Part shown: positions 17,603-28,030 of the stretch, piece after piece
Numbering within the stretch: the stretch's first letter is position 1
How the letters are laid out: each line of letters starts with the position of its first letter
Translations under genes and position numbers: made by a program
Assembly: GCA_050178385.1 (NCBI GenBank)
Contig: JBFXGD010000022.1
Location: forward strand, 1-32,628
Reading direction: 5' to 3'
Length of the DNA stretch: 32,628 bases
From: Calditrichaceae bacterium
GTDB lineage: Bacteria; Calditrichota; Calditrichia; Calditrichales; JBFXGD01
Notes under the pieces: generated by a model
The model's database searches: none
Told to the model about the DNA's origin: nothing
What the model saw: only the letters and a program-made list of their open reading frames with translations

Positions 17603-18454
17603 ATGGATTGGTTTAAACGAAAAAAAGAAGTGCTTAAGCCAATAGAGAAAAAAGAAATGCCTGATGGTCTTTGGGTTAAGTGTGAAAAGTGCGGCGAAAT
17701 CATCTATAAAAAGGAATTGGAAAAAAAGCTTTATGTTTGTCCAAAATGCGAATTTCATTTCCGAATCGATGCTGATATATACATCTCTCTGCTTTTTGAC
17801 GATAAAACATTTCAGGAATTCAATGGAAATATCAAATCGGTTGATCCATTGAATTTCAAAGATTTTAAGAAATACAGTTCTAAATACAAAGCAACGGTCG
17901 AAAAAACCGGGATTAATGAAGCGGTTATCACCGGAAGAGGGGAAATAAATTCTCATAAAGTTGTGATGGCATTGATGGAGTTTCGTTTTCTTGGAGGAAG
18001 CATGGGTTCGGTGGTCGGCGAGAAAATCTCCAGGGCGATCGATTTGGCACTAGAAGAAAACTGTCCCATGCTGATTCTTTCATCCTCAGGCGGGGCGCGC
18101 ATGCATGAAGGCATATTGAGTCTGATGCAGATGGCAAAAACGAGCGCTAAGCTGGCAAGGCTCGCGAATAAGGGATTGCCTTATATTTCGATTTTAACAA
18201 ATCCGACTACCGGCGGAACCACTGCAAGTTATGCTATGCTGGGTGATATTCATATCGCTGAGCCGGGAGCTTTGATCGGATTTGCCGGCCCGAGGGTGAT
18301 TAAGCAGACCATCGGTCAGGATTTACCGCCGGGATTTCAACGGTCGGAATTTGTTCAGTCGCATGGATTTATAGATATGATTGTGCACCGCCATGAATTA
18401 AAACGCAGGATTGCCGGAGTTCTGGACTTTTTTGCTCATGAAAACAAGAACTGA
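17603..18454 (+). CDS. accD: Acetyl-CoA carboxylase carboxyltransferase beta subunit
   Basis: CxxC...CxxC zinc finger; GGSMGSVVGEK, SGGARMHEG, GFAGPRVI. Confidence 0.96.
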   Translation: MDWFKRKKEVLKPIEKKEMPDGLWVKCEKCGEIIYKKELEKKLYVCPKCEFHFRIDADIYISLLFDDKTFQEFNGNIKSVDPLNFKDFKKYSSKYKATVEKTGINEAVITGRGEINSHKVVMALMEFRFLGGSMGSVVGEKISRAIDLALEENCPMLILSSSGGARMHEGILSLMQMAKTSAKLARLANKGLPYISILTNPTTGGTTASYAMLGDIHIAEPGALIGFAGPRVIKQTIGQDLPPGFQRSEFVQSHGFIDMIVHRHELKRRIAGVLDFFAHENKN

Positions 18455-18471
18455 TAACACCAAAAGGAAAT

Positions 18472-19239
18472 ATGAAGAAAATATCTATTCTCGTTACAAA
18501 TGATGACGGTATTTACGCTCCGGGAATCTATCACCTAAAAAAGGCGATGGAAGGATTGGGTGAAATAACCGTTGTGGCTCCCATAAGTGAGAAAAGCGCG
18601 GTAGGACATGCCATCACCGTATCTGATCCGCTGCGTGTGGTGGAAGCTGAAAGAAATGGCGGATTTTTTGGGTACGGGGTAAACGGTACACCGGCTGATT
18701 GTGTAAAACTTGGCGTAAGGTGTCTGATGGCTGAGCCGCCCGATCTGGTAGTAAGCGGTATCAATTTAGGTTCAAATACGGCGACAAATGTCATTTACTC
18801 CGGAACCGTTTCCGCGGCTGCCGAAGGAACTATCATGGGGATTCCGTCCATGGCTGTTTCACTCACATCATTTACAAAGCTGGAATTTGGTTACGCGAAA
18901 AAGGTTGCTCGTCAGATTGCGTCAGAAATACTTGAGCGAGGGCTGCCCGAAGGTACTTTAATCAATATAAATGTTCCGGCGCTTCATGAAGAAGAGATTA
19001 AGGATGTGGTTGTCACCAGGCAGGGTAAGGGCCGGTACGAAGAGATGTTTGATAAAAGGATCGATCCCAACAACCGCACTTATTACTGGCTGGCCGGAAA
19101 AAGGATGCTGCTTGATACGGATGAAGACGTGGATGATGTAGCGGTAATGCAGGATAAAGTGTCCATTACTCCAATTCATTATGATCTGACAAATTTTGCT
19201 TTTTTAGAGGAATTATCTAAATGGAAAATCAAGCCCTGA
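18472..19239 (+). CDS. surE: 5'/3'-nucleotidase SurE
   Basis: [29 protein letters not shown]. Confidence 0.96.
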   Translation: MKKISILVTNDDGIYAPGIYHLKKAMEGLGEITVVAPISEKSAVGHAITVSDPLRVVEAERNGGFFGYGVNGTPADCVKLGVRCLMAEPPDLVVSGINLGSNTATNVIYSGTVSAAAEGTIMGIPSMAVSLTSFTKLEFGYAKKVARQIASEILERGLPEGTLININVPALHEEEIKDVVVTRQGKGRYEEMFDKRIDPNNRTYYWLAGKRMLLDTDEDVDDVAVMQDKVSITPIHYDLTNFAFLEELSKWKIKP

Positions 19240-20786
19240 TCAGCGATACATCACATGAAACAATTCTAATTCTCGACTTCGGGTCTCAGTACACGCAGTT
19301 GATCGCCAGACGAATTCGGGAAAAAGGGGTTTTCTCCGAGATTCAGCCCTATAATTATGATCTTTCAAAAATAAAAAGTAAAAAAATAAAAGGAATTATT
19401 CTTTCAGGTGGTCCGTCATCTGTATATGAAATTGACGCACCTCACATCGGGAAGGAAATATTCGATTTTGGTGTTCCTGTTCTCGGAATTTGCTACGGTC
19501 TGCAGCTCATCACCCATTTGCTGGGAGGAAAGGTCGTTAAATCCGAGAAAAAAGAGTATGGTTCGGCGCGGCTGCAAATATCCGAATCCGGCTATTTGCT
19601 GAATGATATTCCCGATAACAGCAAAGTTTGGATGAGTCACGGCGACAAGGTGCTTGAGCTTCCAAAAGGATTTCTGCCGGTGGCTTCAACGGAAAATTCC
19701 CCTTACGCGGCGATCCGTCATGAACAAAAAGCGATTTATGGATTGCAGTTTCATCCCGAAGTAATGCATACCGAATACGGAAGCCAATTACTTGGTAATT
19801 TCGTTTTTTCCGTTTGTTCATGCGCGGGGGACTGGTCGCCAAAATCATTTGTGGAAGAGAGTATCCATCGGATCCGGGAAGAAGCAGGAGACAGCAAAGT
19901 AATATGCGGACTTAGCGGCGGGGTAGATTCAAGCGTGGTGGCTGTATTGCTCCATAAAGCGATAGGAGACCGTCTGCACTGTATATTCATAGATACAGGG
20001 CTTTTACGTCATAACGAAGCCGAAGAGGTTGAAAAGGTTTTCAAGAATAATTTTGACATTAAATTGACCTGCGTCAATAGTTCAGCGTCTTTCTTTCATA
20101 TATTAAACAACATAACGGACCCGGAAGAAAAGCGAAAAAAAATCGGACATGAATTTATCCGTGTATTTGAAGAGGAATCCAAAAAACTGGGTAAGTTCGA
20201 TTATCTGGCTCAGGGTACGCTTTATCCGGATATAATAGAAAGCGTTTCATTCAAAGGCCCTTCGGCGACTATCAAGTCACATCACAATGTCGGCGGGCTT
20301 CCGGAAAAACTAAATTTCAGATTACTTGAACCTCTGAGGGAGCTGTTCAAGGATGAAGTCCGTAAGGTAGGAGCAGAACTCGGAGTACCGGATATAATTT
20401 TGGGGAGACATCCGTTTCCGGGACCGGGATTAGCGGTGCGGATACTTGGAAAGATTACAGAAGAGCATGTCCGGTTGCTGCAGAAGGCGGATGCCATTTA
20501 TATTGAAGAACTAAAAAACGCCGGTTTATATGATGAAATCTGGCAGGCATTTGCTGTACTGCTTCCGGTCAACACCGTGGGTGTGATGGGTGACGAGAGG
20601 ACATATGAACGGGTTGTCGCGCTGCGCGCGGTGACCAGCACGGATGGAATGACGGCTGACTGGTATGAAATGCCGCGTGCGGTGCTTGCAAAAATTTCAA
20701 ACCGGATTATCAATGAAGTGAAGGGTATTAACCGGGTTGTATATGATATCAGTTCCAAACCACCGGCAACAATAGAGTGGGAATGA
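19221..20786 (+). CDS. guaA: GMP synthase (glutamine-hydrolysing)
   Basis: [36 protein letters not shown]. Confidence 0.97.
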   Translation: MENQALISDTSHETILILDFGSQYTQLIARRIREKGVFSEIQPYNYDLSKIKSKKIKGIILSGGPSSVYEIDAPHIGKEIFDFGVPVLGICYGLQLITHLLGGKVVKSEKKEYGSARLQISESGYLLNDIPDNSKVWMSHGDKVLELPKGFLPVASTENSPYAAIRHEQKAIYGLQFHPEVMHTEYGSQLLGNFVFSVCSCAGDWSPKSFVEESIHRIREEAGDSKVICGLSGGVDSSVVAVLLHKAIGDRLHCIFIDTGLLRHNEAEEVEKVFKNNFDIKLTCVNSSASFFHILNNITDPEEKRKKIGHEFIRVFEEESKKLGKFDYLAQGTLYPDIIESVSFKGPSATIKSHHNVGGLPEKLNFRLLEPLRELFKDEVRKVGAELGVPDIILGRHPFPGPGLAVRILGKITEEHVRLLQKADAIYIEELKNAGLYDEIWQAFAVLLPVNTVGVMGDERTYERVVALRAVTSTDGMTADWYEMPRAVLAKISNRIINEVKGINRVVYDISSKPPATIEWE

Positions 20787-20805
20787 TTTAAACCAGGAGG
20801 ACATT

Positions 20806-22632
20806 ATGTGCGGAATTGTCGGCTACCTCGGTAGTAATATGGCTGCTCCGATTTTGATAAATGGATTAAAGAGACTCGAATACCGCGGATATGATTCTGC
20901 CGGTATCGCCATTATGAATGGTAAAGGGATTGAAATAATAAAGGAAGCCGGAAAAATCCGCAATCTGGATAACGCCCTTCGGTTAAAATCGCCAAAAGGA
21001 ACCATTGGTATCGGCCACACGCGATGGGCAACGCACGGTGAACCAAATCAAAAGAACGCCCATCCGCATATCGACGGATCCGGTAAAATTGCTCTAATTC
21101 ATAACGGAATCATTGAAAATTACGCGGTACTGAAACAGGTCCTGCGTGAAAAAGGACATGAGTTCAGAACTGATACCGATACCGAAGTTATCGCGCATTT
21201 GATCGAAGAGTTTTACCATGGTGATTTTGAAGAAGCATTCCGCGAAGCGCTGTTGGAGTTAAAGGGAACCTACGGAATTGCTGTCATCACCAGGCACGAA
21301 CCGGATAAAATATTTGTCGCCCGCAAGGGGAGCCCGATTGTTATTGGTGTCGGTGATGACGAATATTTTGTAGCATCAGATGTCACTCCTCTTGTCGCGC
21401 ATACACGAGATGTTTTTTATCTTGAAGATCATGAGATGGCCATCCTGTCCGCAAACGGTGTGATCACAAAAACGATTCAGAACGAAATGATTGAAAAAAA
21501 GGTTGAAAGGATTACATTTGACCTTGGAGCGATAGAAAAAAGCGGATTTGATCATTTCATGCTCAAAGAAATATTTGAGCAACCCAACACCATTATGGAC
21601 GCCATGCGCGGCCGGGTCATAAAAGAAGAAGGGCTTGTTAAGCTTGGTGGTCTTGCCGATGTGGAAGAAAAGCTGCTTAATGCAAAGAAGATACATTTTA
21701 CGGCATCCGGTACATCATGGCATGCCGCCCTCTTAGGGGAGTATCTGATTGAAGAGTTCTGCAGAATTCCAGTTGAGGTGGAGTATGCTTCAGAATTTCG
21801 GTACAGAGATCCCATAATCGGCAAAGATGAAGTAGTGATTGCCATTTCTCAATCCGGAGAGACAGCGGATACACTTGCGGCGCTTCGGGAGGGCAAAAGA
21901 AAGGGCGCGCTTGTACTTGGTATTGTTAATGCGGTCGGTTCAACCATCGCGAGGGAAACAGATGCCGGTGTTTATATCCATGCCGGTCCTGAAATCGGCG
22001 TGGCGAGTACAAAAGCCTTTACATCCCAGGTTACGGTCCTGGCGCTTATTACCATAATGCTAGCCCGCAGAAAAAATATGTCATCAGCTCAGGGAAGGCA
22101 GATGGTGCAAGACCTTCTGGAAATTCCAAATAAAGTTCAGAGAATTTTGGATCAGAATGATACTATAAGAAAGCTGGCGGAAGACTATCATGACCATCGT
22201 AATTTTCTCTATCTTGGACGCGGGTATAATTTCCCGGTCGCTCTTGAGGGAGCGCTTAAGTTAAAGGAAATCTCCTATATTCATGCAGAGGGATATCCTG
22301 CAGCAGAGATGAAGCATGGTCCGATCGCGCTGATTGATAAAGATATGCCGGTTGTATTTCTGGCCACTAAGGATGTAATTTATGATAAGGTCATCAGCAA
22401 TATCGAAGAAGTTCGTGCCCGGAAGGGGAAAGTGATCTGTATCGCGACGGAAGGCGATATAAAAATCCGCAATTATTCTGATCATGTCATATATATTCCG
22501 GAGACAAGTCAGGCGTTAATGCCGCTGCTCTCTGTGATCCCATTACAGCTGCTGGCATATCATATTGCTGTTCAAAGAGGATGTGATGTGGATCAGCCGC
22601 GTAATCTCGCAAAAAGCGTTACAGTGGAATAG
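20806..22632 (+). CDS. glmS: Glutamine-fructose-6-phosphate transaminase
   Basis: MCGIVG, GHTRWATHG, SQSGET, PRNLAKSVTVE. Confidence 0.98.
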   Translation: MCGIVGYLGSNMAAPILINGLKRLEYRGYDSAGIAIMNGKGIEIIKEAGKIRNLDNALRLKSPKGTIGIGHTRWATHGEPNQKNAHPHIDGSGKIALIHNGIIENYAVLKQVLREKGHEFRTDTDTEVIAHLIEEFYHGDFEEAFREALLELKGTYGIAVITRHEPDKIFVARKGSPIVIGVGDDEYFVASDVTPLVAHTRDVFYLEDHEMAILSANGVITKTIQNEMIEKKVERITFDLGAIEKSGFDHFMLKEIFEQPNTIMDAMRGRVIKEEGLVKLGGLADVEEKLLNAKKIHFTASGTSWHAALLGEYLIEEFCRIPVEVEYASEFRYRDPIIGKDEVVIAISQSGETADTLAALREGKRKGALVLGIVNAVGSTIARETDAGVYIHAGPEIGVASTKAFTSQVTVLALITIMLARRKNMSSAQGRQMVQDLLEIPNKVQRILDQNDTIRKLAEDYHDHRNFLYLGRGYNFPVALEGALKLKEISYIHAEGYPAAEMKHGPIALIDKDMPVVFLATKDVIYDKVISNIEEVRARKGKVICIATEGDIKIRNYSDHVIYIPETSQALMPLLSVIPLQLLAYHIAVQRGCDVDQPRNLAKSVTVE

Positions 22633-22669
22633 CCTGCGCGCGGGACACAGAGGATTTAAGAATTTTACT

Positions 22670-22705
22670 GAACCAAAGCCCTAATCGAGCTTTGGTTCTT
22701 TTTTT
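22670..22705 (+). terminator. Intrinsic terminator after glmS
   Basis: GAACCAAAGC-loop-GCTTTGGTTC followed by a T-run. Confidence 0.85.
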
Positions 22706-22803
22706 ATATCATATTCAGTCTTATATTGACAACAGCCTTGATTAATTAAATTTTTCTGATCAAATTATTTTTCTATATATAATAATACTGTAAGAGGTAT
22801 CGA

Positions 22804-24657
22804 ATGAGATTCTTGTTGGTTGTATTTGTATTTACGGTCCTATTTGGGACAGGATTCGCGCAAAAAGCGTCAAATCGTGAATGGGCGATATTTCAAAGGG
22901 GCGTGGAACAATACAAATCCGGTGAATATGAAGCTGCGGAAAAAAACTTCAGTCTGGTTATTTCAAAGCTGCCTGACAATCAGCTTCTCACTGCAAATTA
23001 TCTGATGCTGGCGAAAACTCAGTACAAACAAGAGGACTATACCGCGTCACTTAATCTTTGTGAAACATTCCTGCGGGATTTTCCCGGAAGTTCTTATACA
23101 GATGATTTTTACTATATCATGGGTAATAATTATTATCGTCTAAACCGTTTTCAGACAGCCGTATCCGCATGGCTTGCCGCCGCGGAACATACCAGGAGCG
23201 GCGCATTGAAAGAGAATTCCTTAAAACTGATAAAAAAAACCATGCAGTACAAACTTGATATGTCAGCGCTTCTCGATCTTAAGGATGAGATAAAAACCCC
23301 ATTCAGCAGGCACGCGCTGCTTTATTATATGGCAGAGCGTCAGTATGCGGCCGGGGATGTTATTTCGGCCTCCTTCTCACTTGATGAAGTACTTAAATCG
23401 ACTCAGCAGGATGAGTTTACCTCCAGTGCCAGGGAATTATATGACAATATTAAGAACCAGAAAAGCAACACGATCAGGATAGCGGTGTTGCTTCCGGTCA
23501 GCGGCTCAAATTCTGATATCGGTAAGGCGCTTCTGGATGGTCTCAATCTGGCGGTATCTGATTTCAATCGGTCCCTTCAGGGCAAAACGGTTGATATTGT
23601 TGTATATGATTATGAAACCAAATTACCTGTTGCCATGCAGAAAATAAAAGAAATTGCAAGAGACCCGTCCATCCACGCGATATTTGGGCCGGTGGAGAAT
23701 GATATAACAGCCGCCTGTGCAGGGATTGCCGATTATGAAGGTTTGACGTTAATTACACCCACGGCGTCATCGAACGATCTGGCGTATATTTCTGACAGAT
23801 TAATACAGCTGGCTCCGACAGTTGACGCGCTCGCGAACAGTCTGGTTCAGTTTGCCGAGGACTCCTTGAAAATCAAAAGAGTTGCCACCCTGTCACCGGT
23901 TGAAGATTATTTTGTTAATTTCACCGATTCCTTCGTAGAAAGACACGAACAAAACGGGGGAACAGTTGTGGCGCAGCAATGGTATTATCCGGGTGATCAG
24001 GACTTTTCCAAACAATTTAAAGCGATCAAGCGGATAGGCCTTAAGCTGACTTTTCAGGATTCCGTCATGGAGAAAAAACCATCTATGGACCCGATAAAGA
24101 TCGATTCTCTTTACGCCGCGTACAGAAAAGAAAAGATGGAAAAGAATGATGAAAATAAAACAAAAATTGATTCTGCAGACATTCCCGTTAAATCAATCGA
24201 TGCTCTTCTAATTCCCGTATATAAGGATGACATCGGATTAATCGCGCCGCAGCTGGCATACGCGAACTTCAAAACACATCTTCTCGGAAACGGTGACTGG
24301 TACAACAGCGACGCGCTTCGGAAAAATAAAAATTATATCAATGGTATCATATTCGTTTCCGACGGTTACCTAAATGAGGAAAGCTGGGATTATAAACAAT
24401 TCAGAAATAATTTCAGAACTCAGTTCAGCAGAACGCCTGAACGATTTGAACTGGTCGGGTATGACAGTTTCAATTTTATTCTGAAAGCCGTTTCCCGCGA
24501 AGGCGTATTCCTGAGCCGGTCGAATTTTTATCAGGTAGTTATGCAGGAACCTCCGTATCAGGGGGTCTACAGAAATTTTGATGTTGGTTCCAAACATTAC
24601 AACAGCGCGGTTCGGGTTATCAAATATATTTACGGACAATTTATACCGCTCAACTAA
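22804..24657 (+). CDS. Exported TPR + type-1 periplasmic-binding-fold protein (LpoA/LppC-like)
   Basis: Signal peptide; TPR-like helices; IRIAVLLP.SG...IFGP; C-terminal GYDSF. Confidence 0.75.
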   Translation: MRFLLVVFVFTVLFGTGFAQKASNREWAIFQRGVEQYKSGEYEAAEKNFSLVISKLPDNQLLTANYLMLAKTQYKQEDYTASLNLCETFLRDFPGSSYTDDFYYIMGNNYYRLNRFQTAVSAWLAAAEHTRSGALKENSLKLIKKTMQYKLDMSALLDLKDEIKTPFSRHALLYYMAERQYAAGDVISASFSLDEVLKSTQQDEFTSSARELYDNIKNQKSNTIRIAVLLPVSGSNSDIGKALLDGLNLAVSDFNRSLQGKTVDIVVYDYETKLPVAMQKIKEIARDPSIHAIFGPVENDITAACAGIADYEGLTLITPTASSNDLAYISDRLIQLAPTVDALANSLVQFAEDSLKIKRVATLSPVEDYFVNFTDSFVERHEQNGGTVVAQQWYYPGDQDFSKQFKAIKRIGLKLTFQDSVMEKKPSMDPIKIDSLYAAYRKEKMEKNDENKTKIDSADIPVKSIDALLIPVYKDDIGLIAPQLAYANFKTHLLGNGDWYNSDALRKNKNYINGIIFVSDGYLNEESWDYKQFRNNFRTQFSRTPERFELVGYDSFNFILKAVSREGVFLSRSNFYQVVMQEPPYQGVYRNFDVGSKHYNSAVRVIKYIYGQFIPLN

Positions 24658-24660
24658 ATT

Positions 24661-25440
24661 ATGCTAAATCAGACTCAAAATATATCTTCCGATCACGGGA
24701 TCGAACAGTTTAAAATATTTAAGCGATACCGTGCACTGGTTCATGGATTCTCGACCCGCAAAGGTGGGGAAAGCAAACCGCCGTTTGACCAATTAAATCT
24801 TGGTTTTAACACGCCGGACAGCCGGACAGTGGTTCAAACAAACCGGGAATTATATTTTGACGCGCTTGAAGTTTCGGAAGATCTGCTGGCTTTCCCCGAA
24901 CAGGTTCATTCATCGAATATACAAATAGCGCGCGGTCCGGGGGTTTTCAAAAAAACAGATGCTTTGGTTACGAATCTTGAAAATCTGTTTTTAACTGTTC
25001 AGACTGCGGATTGTTTTCCCGTTTTTATTTTTGATCCGGTTAAAAAAGCGGTTGGTCTTGTTCATTCCGGCTGGAGAGGAACGGCTCAGAATATTACCGG
25101 AAAAACCATTGATATAATGAGAAATGCATTTAATTCCCACCCTGAAAATTTACTGATTGCCATCGGACCCGGAGTCCAACAAAACTGTTATCAGGTTGAT
25201 GATGATACAGCGAGTAACTTTTCACCAGACTTTTTAATCGCGGACGGACCGGGACATCATAAGCTCGATGTCCAAAAGGCTATTATCAGTCAGATTATCC
25301 AAAAAGGCGTTTCTGGTAAAAACCTGGAAATCAATACGGCCTGCACGCATTGCGCGAAGGATAGATATTTTTCATACAGAAGGGATAGAGATAAAAGCGG
25401 CCGGATGATGGGTGTAATCGGCCTAAAAAATCGAACATAG
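24661..25440 (+). CDS. pgeF: Peptidoglycan editing factor PgeF / YfiH (LACC1-like)
   Basis: HGFSTR, QVHS, TADC.P, HSGWRG, FSYRR. Confidence 0.93.
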   Translation: MLNQTQNISSDHGIEQFKIFKRYRALVHGFSTRKGGESKPPFDQLNLGFNTPDSRTVVQTNRELYFDALEVSEDLLAFPEQVHSSNIQIARGPGVFKKTDALVTNLENLFLTVQTADCFPVFIFDPVKKAVGLVHSGWRGTAQNITGKTIDIMRNAFNSHPENLLIAIGPGVQQNCYQVDDDTASNFSPDFLIADGPGHHKLDVQKAIISQIIQKGVSGKNLEINTACTHCAKDRYFSYRRDRDKSGRMMGVIGLKNRT

Positions 25441-25494
25441 ACTCACTGAATTCCGTCCTTTATTGATGTATAAAAAAAATGATACAGGTGTCAG

Positions 25495-26514
25495 ATGCAA
25501 TTCGACATAAAAAAAATACGTTTGTCTTTGAAAAATCCCTGGACTATTTCCAGAAATTCGAGCAGTTATAAGGATAATGTTTTTGTCAAACTCGAAAAGG
25601 ATGGTATCACCGGTTACGGGGAAGCGGCGCCCAATATTCGATATGGTGAAAATCCGGATCTCACTATGAGCAAAATAGAAGATGCCGTTTCATCACTGGA
25701 AGCGGTAGATTTCCTTCACTACACAGATGTAGACCGGCTCCTCAATCAGTCGATCAGCGGTCAAAGCTGCGCGAAGGCCGCATTAGATATAGCGCTGATG
25801 GACTGGATAGGAAAGTCGGCAGGATTACCCCTGTACCAATTGTTCGGATTGAATCCTGACCGTATTCCAGGGACGTCATTCTCAATAGGAATAGATACAA
25901 AAGAGAATGTGATCAGGAAAGTAAAAAATGCCCTGGATTTCCCTGTGTTAAAAATTAAGGTCGGCTATGACGGTGATGAAGAAATGGTCACATGGGTAAG
26001 AAGTATAACAGATAAACCCATCCGCGTGGATGCGAATGAAGGTTGGAAGAGCAAAGAAACAGCGCTGGAAAAGATATTGTGGCTTCAATCACAGGGAGTT
26101 GAGCTCATCGAGCAACCGCTTCCGTATCAGATGATAAATGAAACCGCCTGGCTTCGGGAAAGAATTTCTATCCCGGTCATCGCGGATGAAGCGGTCAAAA
26201 AAGCGTCGGATATCGCGGGACTTATCGGGGCATATGACGGTATTAATATAAAACTGATGAAGTCAGGGGGTATTCAGGAAGCGCTGCGAATGATACACGT
26301 GGCAAAAACACTCAATTTAAAAATCATGGTCGGATGTATGATTGAAAGCTCCGTAGCTATTTCCGCGGCGGCACACATCGCCGCTCACGCGGACTGGGTT
26401 GATCTGGACGGAAACCTGTTGATAAAAAACGATCCGTTTACCGGAATCGGGATAGAAAAAGGGAAGCTGATGCTTAGTGAAAATCCCGGTCTTGGAGTTC
26501 GACCGACTTTGTAA
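25495..26514 (+). CDS. Dipeptide epimerase (L-Ala-D/L-Glu epimerase, enolase superfamily)
   Basis: KIKVG, RVDANEGW, IEQP, ADE, NIKLMKSGG, GCMIES, DLDG. Confidence 0.92.
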   Translation: MQFDIKKIRLSLKNPWTISRNSSSYKDNVFVKLEKDGITGYGEAAPNIRYGENPDLTMSKIEDAVSSLEAVDFLHYTDVDRLLNQSISGQSCAKAALDIALMDWIGKSAGLPLYQLFGLNPDRIPGTSFSIGIDTKENVIRKVKNALDFPVLKIKVGYDGDEEMVTWVRSITDKPIRVDANEGWKSKETALEKILWLQSQGVELIEQPLPYQMINETAWLRERISIPVIADEAVKKASDIAGLIGAYDGINIKLMKSGGIQEALRMIHVAKTLNLKIMVGCMIESSVAISAAAHIAAHADWVDLDGNLLIKNDPFTGIGIEKGKLMLSENPGLGVRPTL

Positions 26515-26515
26515 A

Positions 26516-26549
26516 CTAAAAAGCCGCATCGGTTGACGCGGCTTTTTAG
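26516..26549. terminator. Bidirectional intrinsic terminator
   Basis: CTAAAAAGCCGC-loop-GCGGCTTTTTAG between convergent genes. Confidence 0.85.
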
Positions 26550-26552
26550 GTA

Positions 26553-27473
26553 TTAAATAAAACTTAGCCAGCCGTCTGGAATCTCTATTCCACCATTGAA
26601 AATATTAAAATAATCATCCTGAATTATTTTTGTTATCGGTCCGATTTTGCCTGCGCCGATGGTAATTCTGTCAACACTGCGTATGGGAGTGATTTCCGCC
26701 GCGGTCCCCGTGAAGAAAAGTTCGTCCGCCGTATACAGGCTTTCTCTGGGGATTGTTTCCTCAATAACGGTGTAGCCTCTTCTTTTCAAAAGTTCGATTG
26801 CCGTAAACCGTGTGATCCCGGGAAGTATAGAACTGCATATGGGCGGAGTATAAATTTTCCCGTCACGCACGATAAAAATATTTTCACCGCTGCCCTCGGC
26901 TACAAAACCATTTTGATCCAGAGCGATACCTTCATCAAAGCCGTTGGTGATCGCTTCCATTTTGATCAATTGTGAATTCATATAATTCGCTCCGGCTTTA
27001 GCCAGTGCCGGCATAGTATTCGGGGCCAGCCGATTCCAGGAAGAAACACAGACATCAACACCGTTCTCTAATGCTTCCGGACCGAGATATTTACCCCACT
27101 CCCAAATGGCAATGTAAATTTCTATGGGATTTTTAAGCGGATTTACTCCAAATGGTCCAAAACCCCTGAATATGAACGGTCTGATATAACAGGATTTAAA
27201 TTTATTGATTCTGATCGTTTCAAGGGCGGCATCGACCAATTGGTCTACCGTATAATCATGAGTCATTCTATAAATTTTAGCTGAATTAATGAGCCTCTGC
27301 ATATGATCTTTTAGCCTGAAAACCGCGGGCCCCTTATTCGTTTCATAACTGCGGATGCCTTCAAATACACAGGTACCATACTGAACCACATGTGAAAGAA
27401 CATGAATATTCGCGTCGTTCCAGTTGATGAAATTCCCATTTTTCCAAACCATTTGTCCAATGTTATTTGCCAT
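26553..27473 (-). CDS. ilvE: Branched-chain amino acid aminotransferase
   Basis: YGTCVFEGIR, YIRP, AKAGANYMNS, EGSGENIF, LPGITR, GTAAEITP. Confidence 0.95.
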   Translation of the reverse strand: MANNIGQMVWKNGNFINWNDANIHVLSHVVQYGTCVFEGIRSYETNKGPAVFRLKDHMQRLINSAKIYRMTHDYTVDQLVDAALETIRINKFKSCYIRPFIFRGFGPFGVNPLKNPIEIYIAIWEWGKYLGPEALENGVDVCVSSWNRLAPNTMPALAKAGANYMNSQLIKMEAITNGFDEGIALDQNGFVAEGSGENIFIVRDGKIYTPPICSSILPGITRFTAIELLKRRGYTVIEETIPRESLYTADELFFTGTAAEITPIRSVDRITIGAGKIGPITKIIQDDYFNIFNGGIEIPDGWLSFI

Positions 27474-27568
27474 TTCAAACTCCTATATCTTTGTGTTTTA
27501 TACTGTATCAGAAACCATGAAATGCACCTTTCAAGCATGAACATTATATAATTGCTTACTCCTCATTT

Positions 27569-27763
27569 CTAAAAACCTCCTAACCCGTATTCAATCGGAT
27601 TTAATTTTTTGGCGGAATGAATCTGATTTATGAAAAATTGAGAACCGGTAATCGAAAATGATGGATTGGGTTTTAAAAAATATTTAATAAATAAGACGTT
27701 AAAAGCTTCTAAAATCAACGTCCGGTAGAAACGCGGGATCATTATGATACAATTTTTTTTCAC
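27569..27763 (-). CDS. Possible short leader ORF upstream of ilvE (64 aa)
   Basis: GTG start after AAGGGAACCTTAAGGT, about 40 nt downstream of a consensus-like promoter; no recognisable domain. Confidence 0.25.
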   Translation of the reverse strand: MKKNCIIMIPRFYRTLILEAFNVLFIKYFLKPNPSFSITGSQFFINQIHSAKKLNPIEYGLGGF

Positions 27764-27803
27764 ACCTTAAGGTTCCCTTTTCATACTTATAATAAGATAT
27801 AAG

Positions 27804-27832
27804 ATATTAACATTATTGACTATTTTAGTCAA
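27804..27832 (-). promoter_or_regulatory. Sigma70-type promoter toward ilvE, overlapped by the palindrome TTGACTA-N3-TAGTCAA
   Basis: Minus strand TTGACT (27832-27827), 17 nt spacer, TAATAT (27809-27804); palindrome at 27816-27832. Confidence 0.6.
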
Positions 27833-28030
27833 GTTTTTTTAGGAATAGTTCGTTTGTTATAAGGAGAAACATCAGCGGTTATGGCTGAGAAAACAAGATA
27901 GGCTAATATAAAAAAGAGTTAACCAATTCTGATTAACTCCTTTAATATAACATTGCCAATATAATCGTGTTTTTGCATTAAATTGAAAATCAGGCATTCG
28001 AAAGGATTTCATATCAAGCCTGACTTATTA

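Noticed and set aside
19221..19239. surE/guaA overlap as a programmed frameshift or fusion
   Set aside because: Both proteins are complete; ordinary translational coupling explains the 19-nt overlap.
20787..20805. glmS ribozyme
   Set aside because: Only 19 nt separate guaA and glmS.
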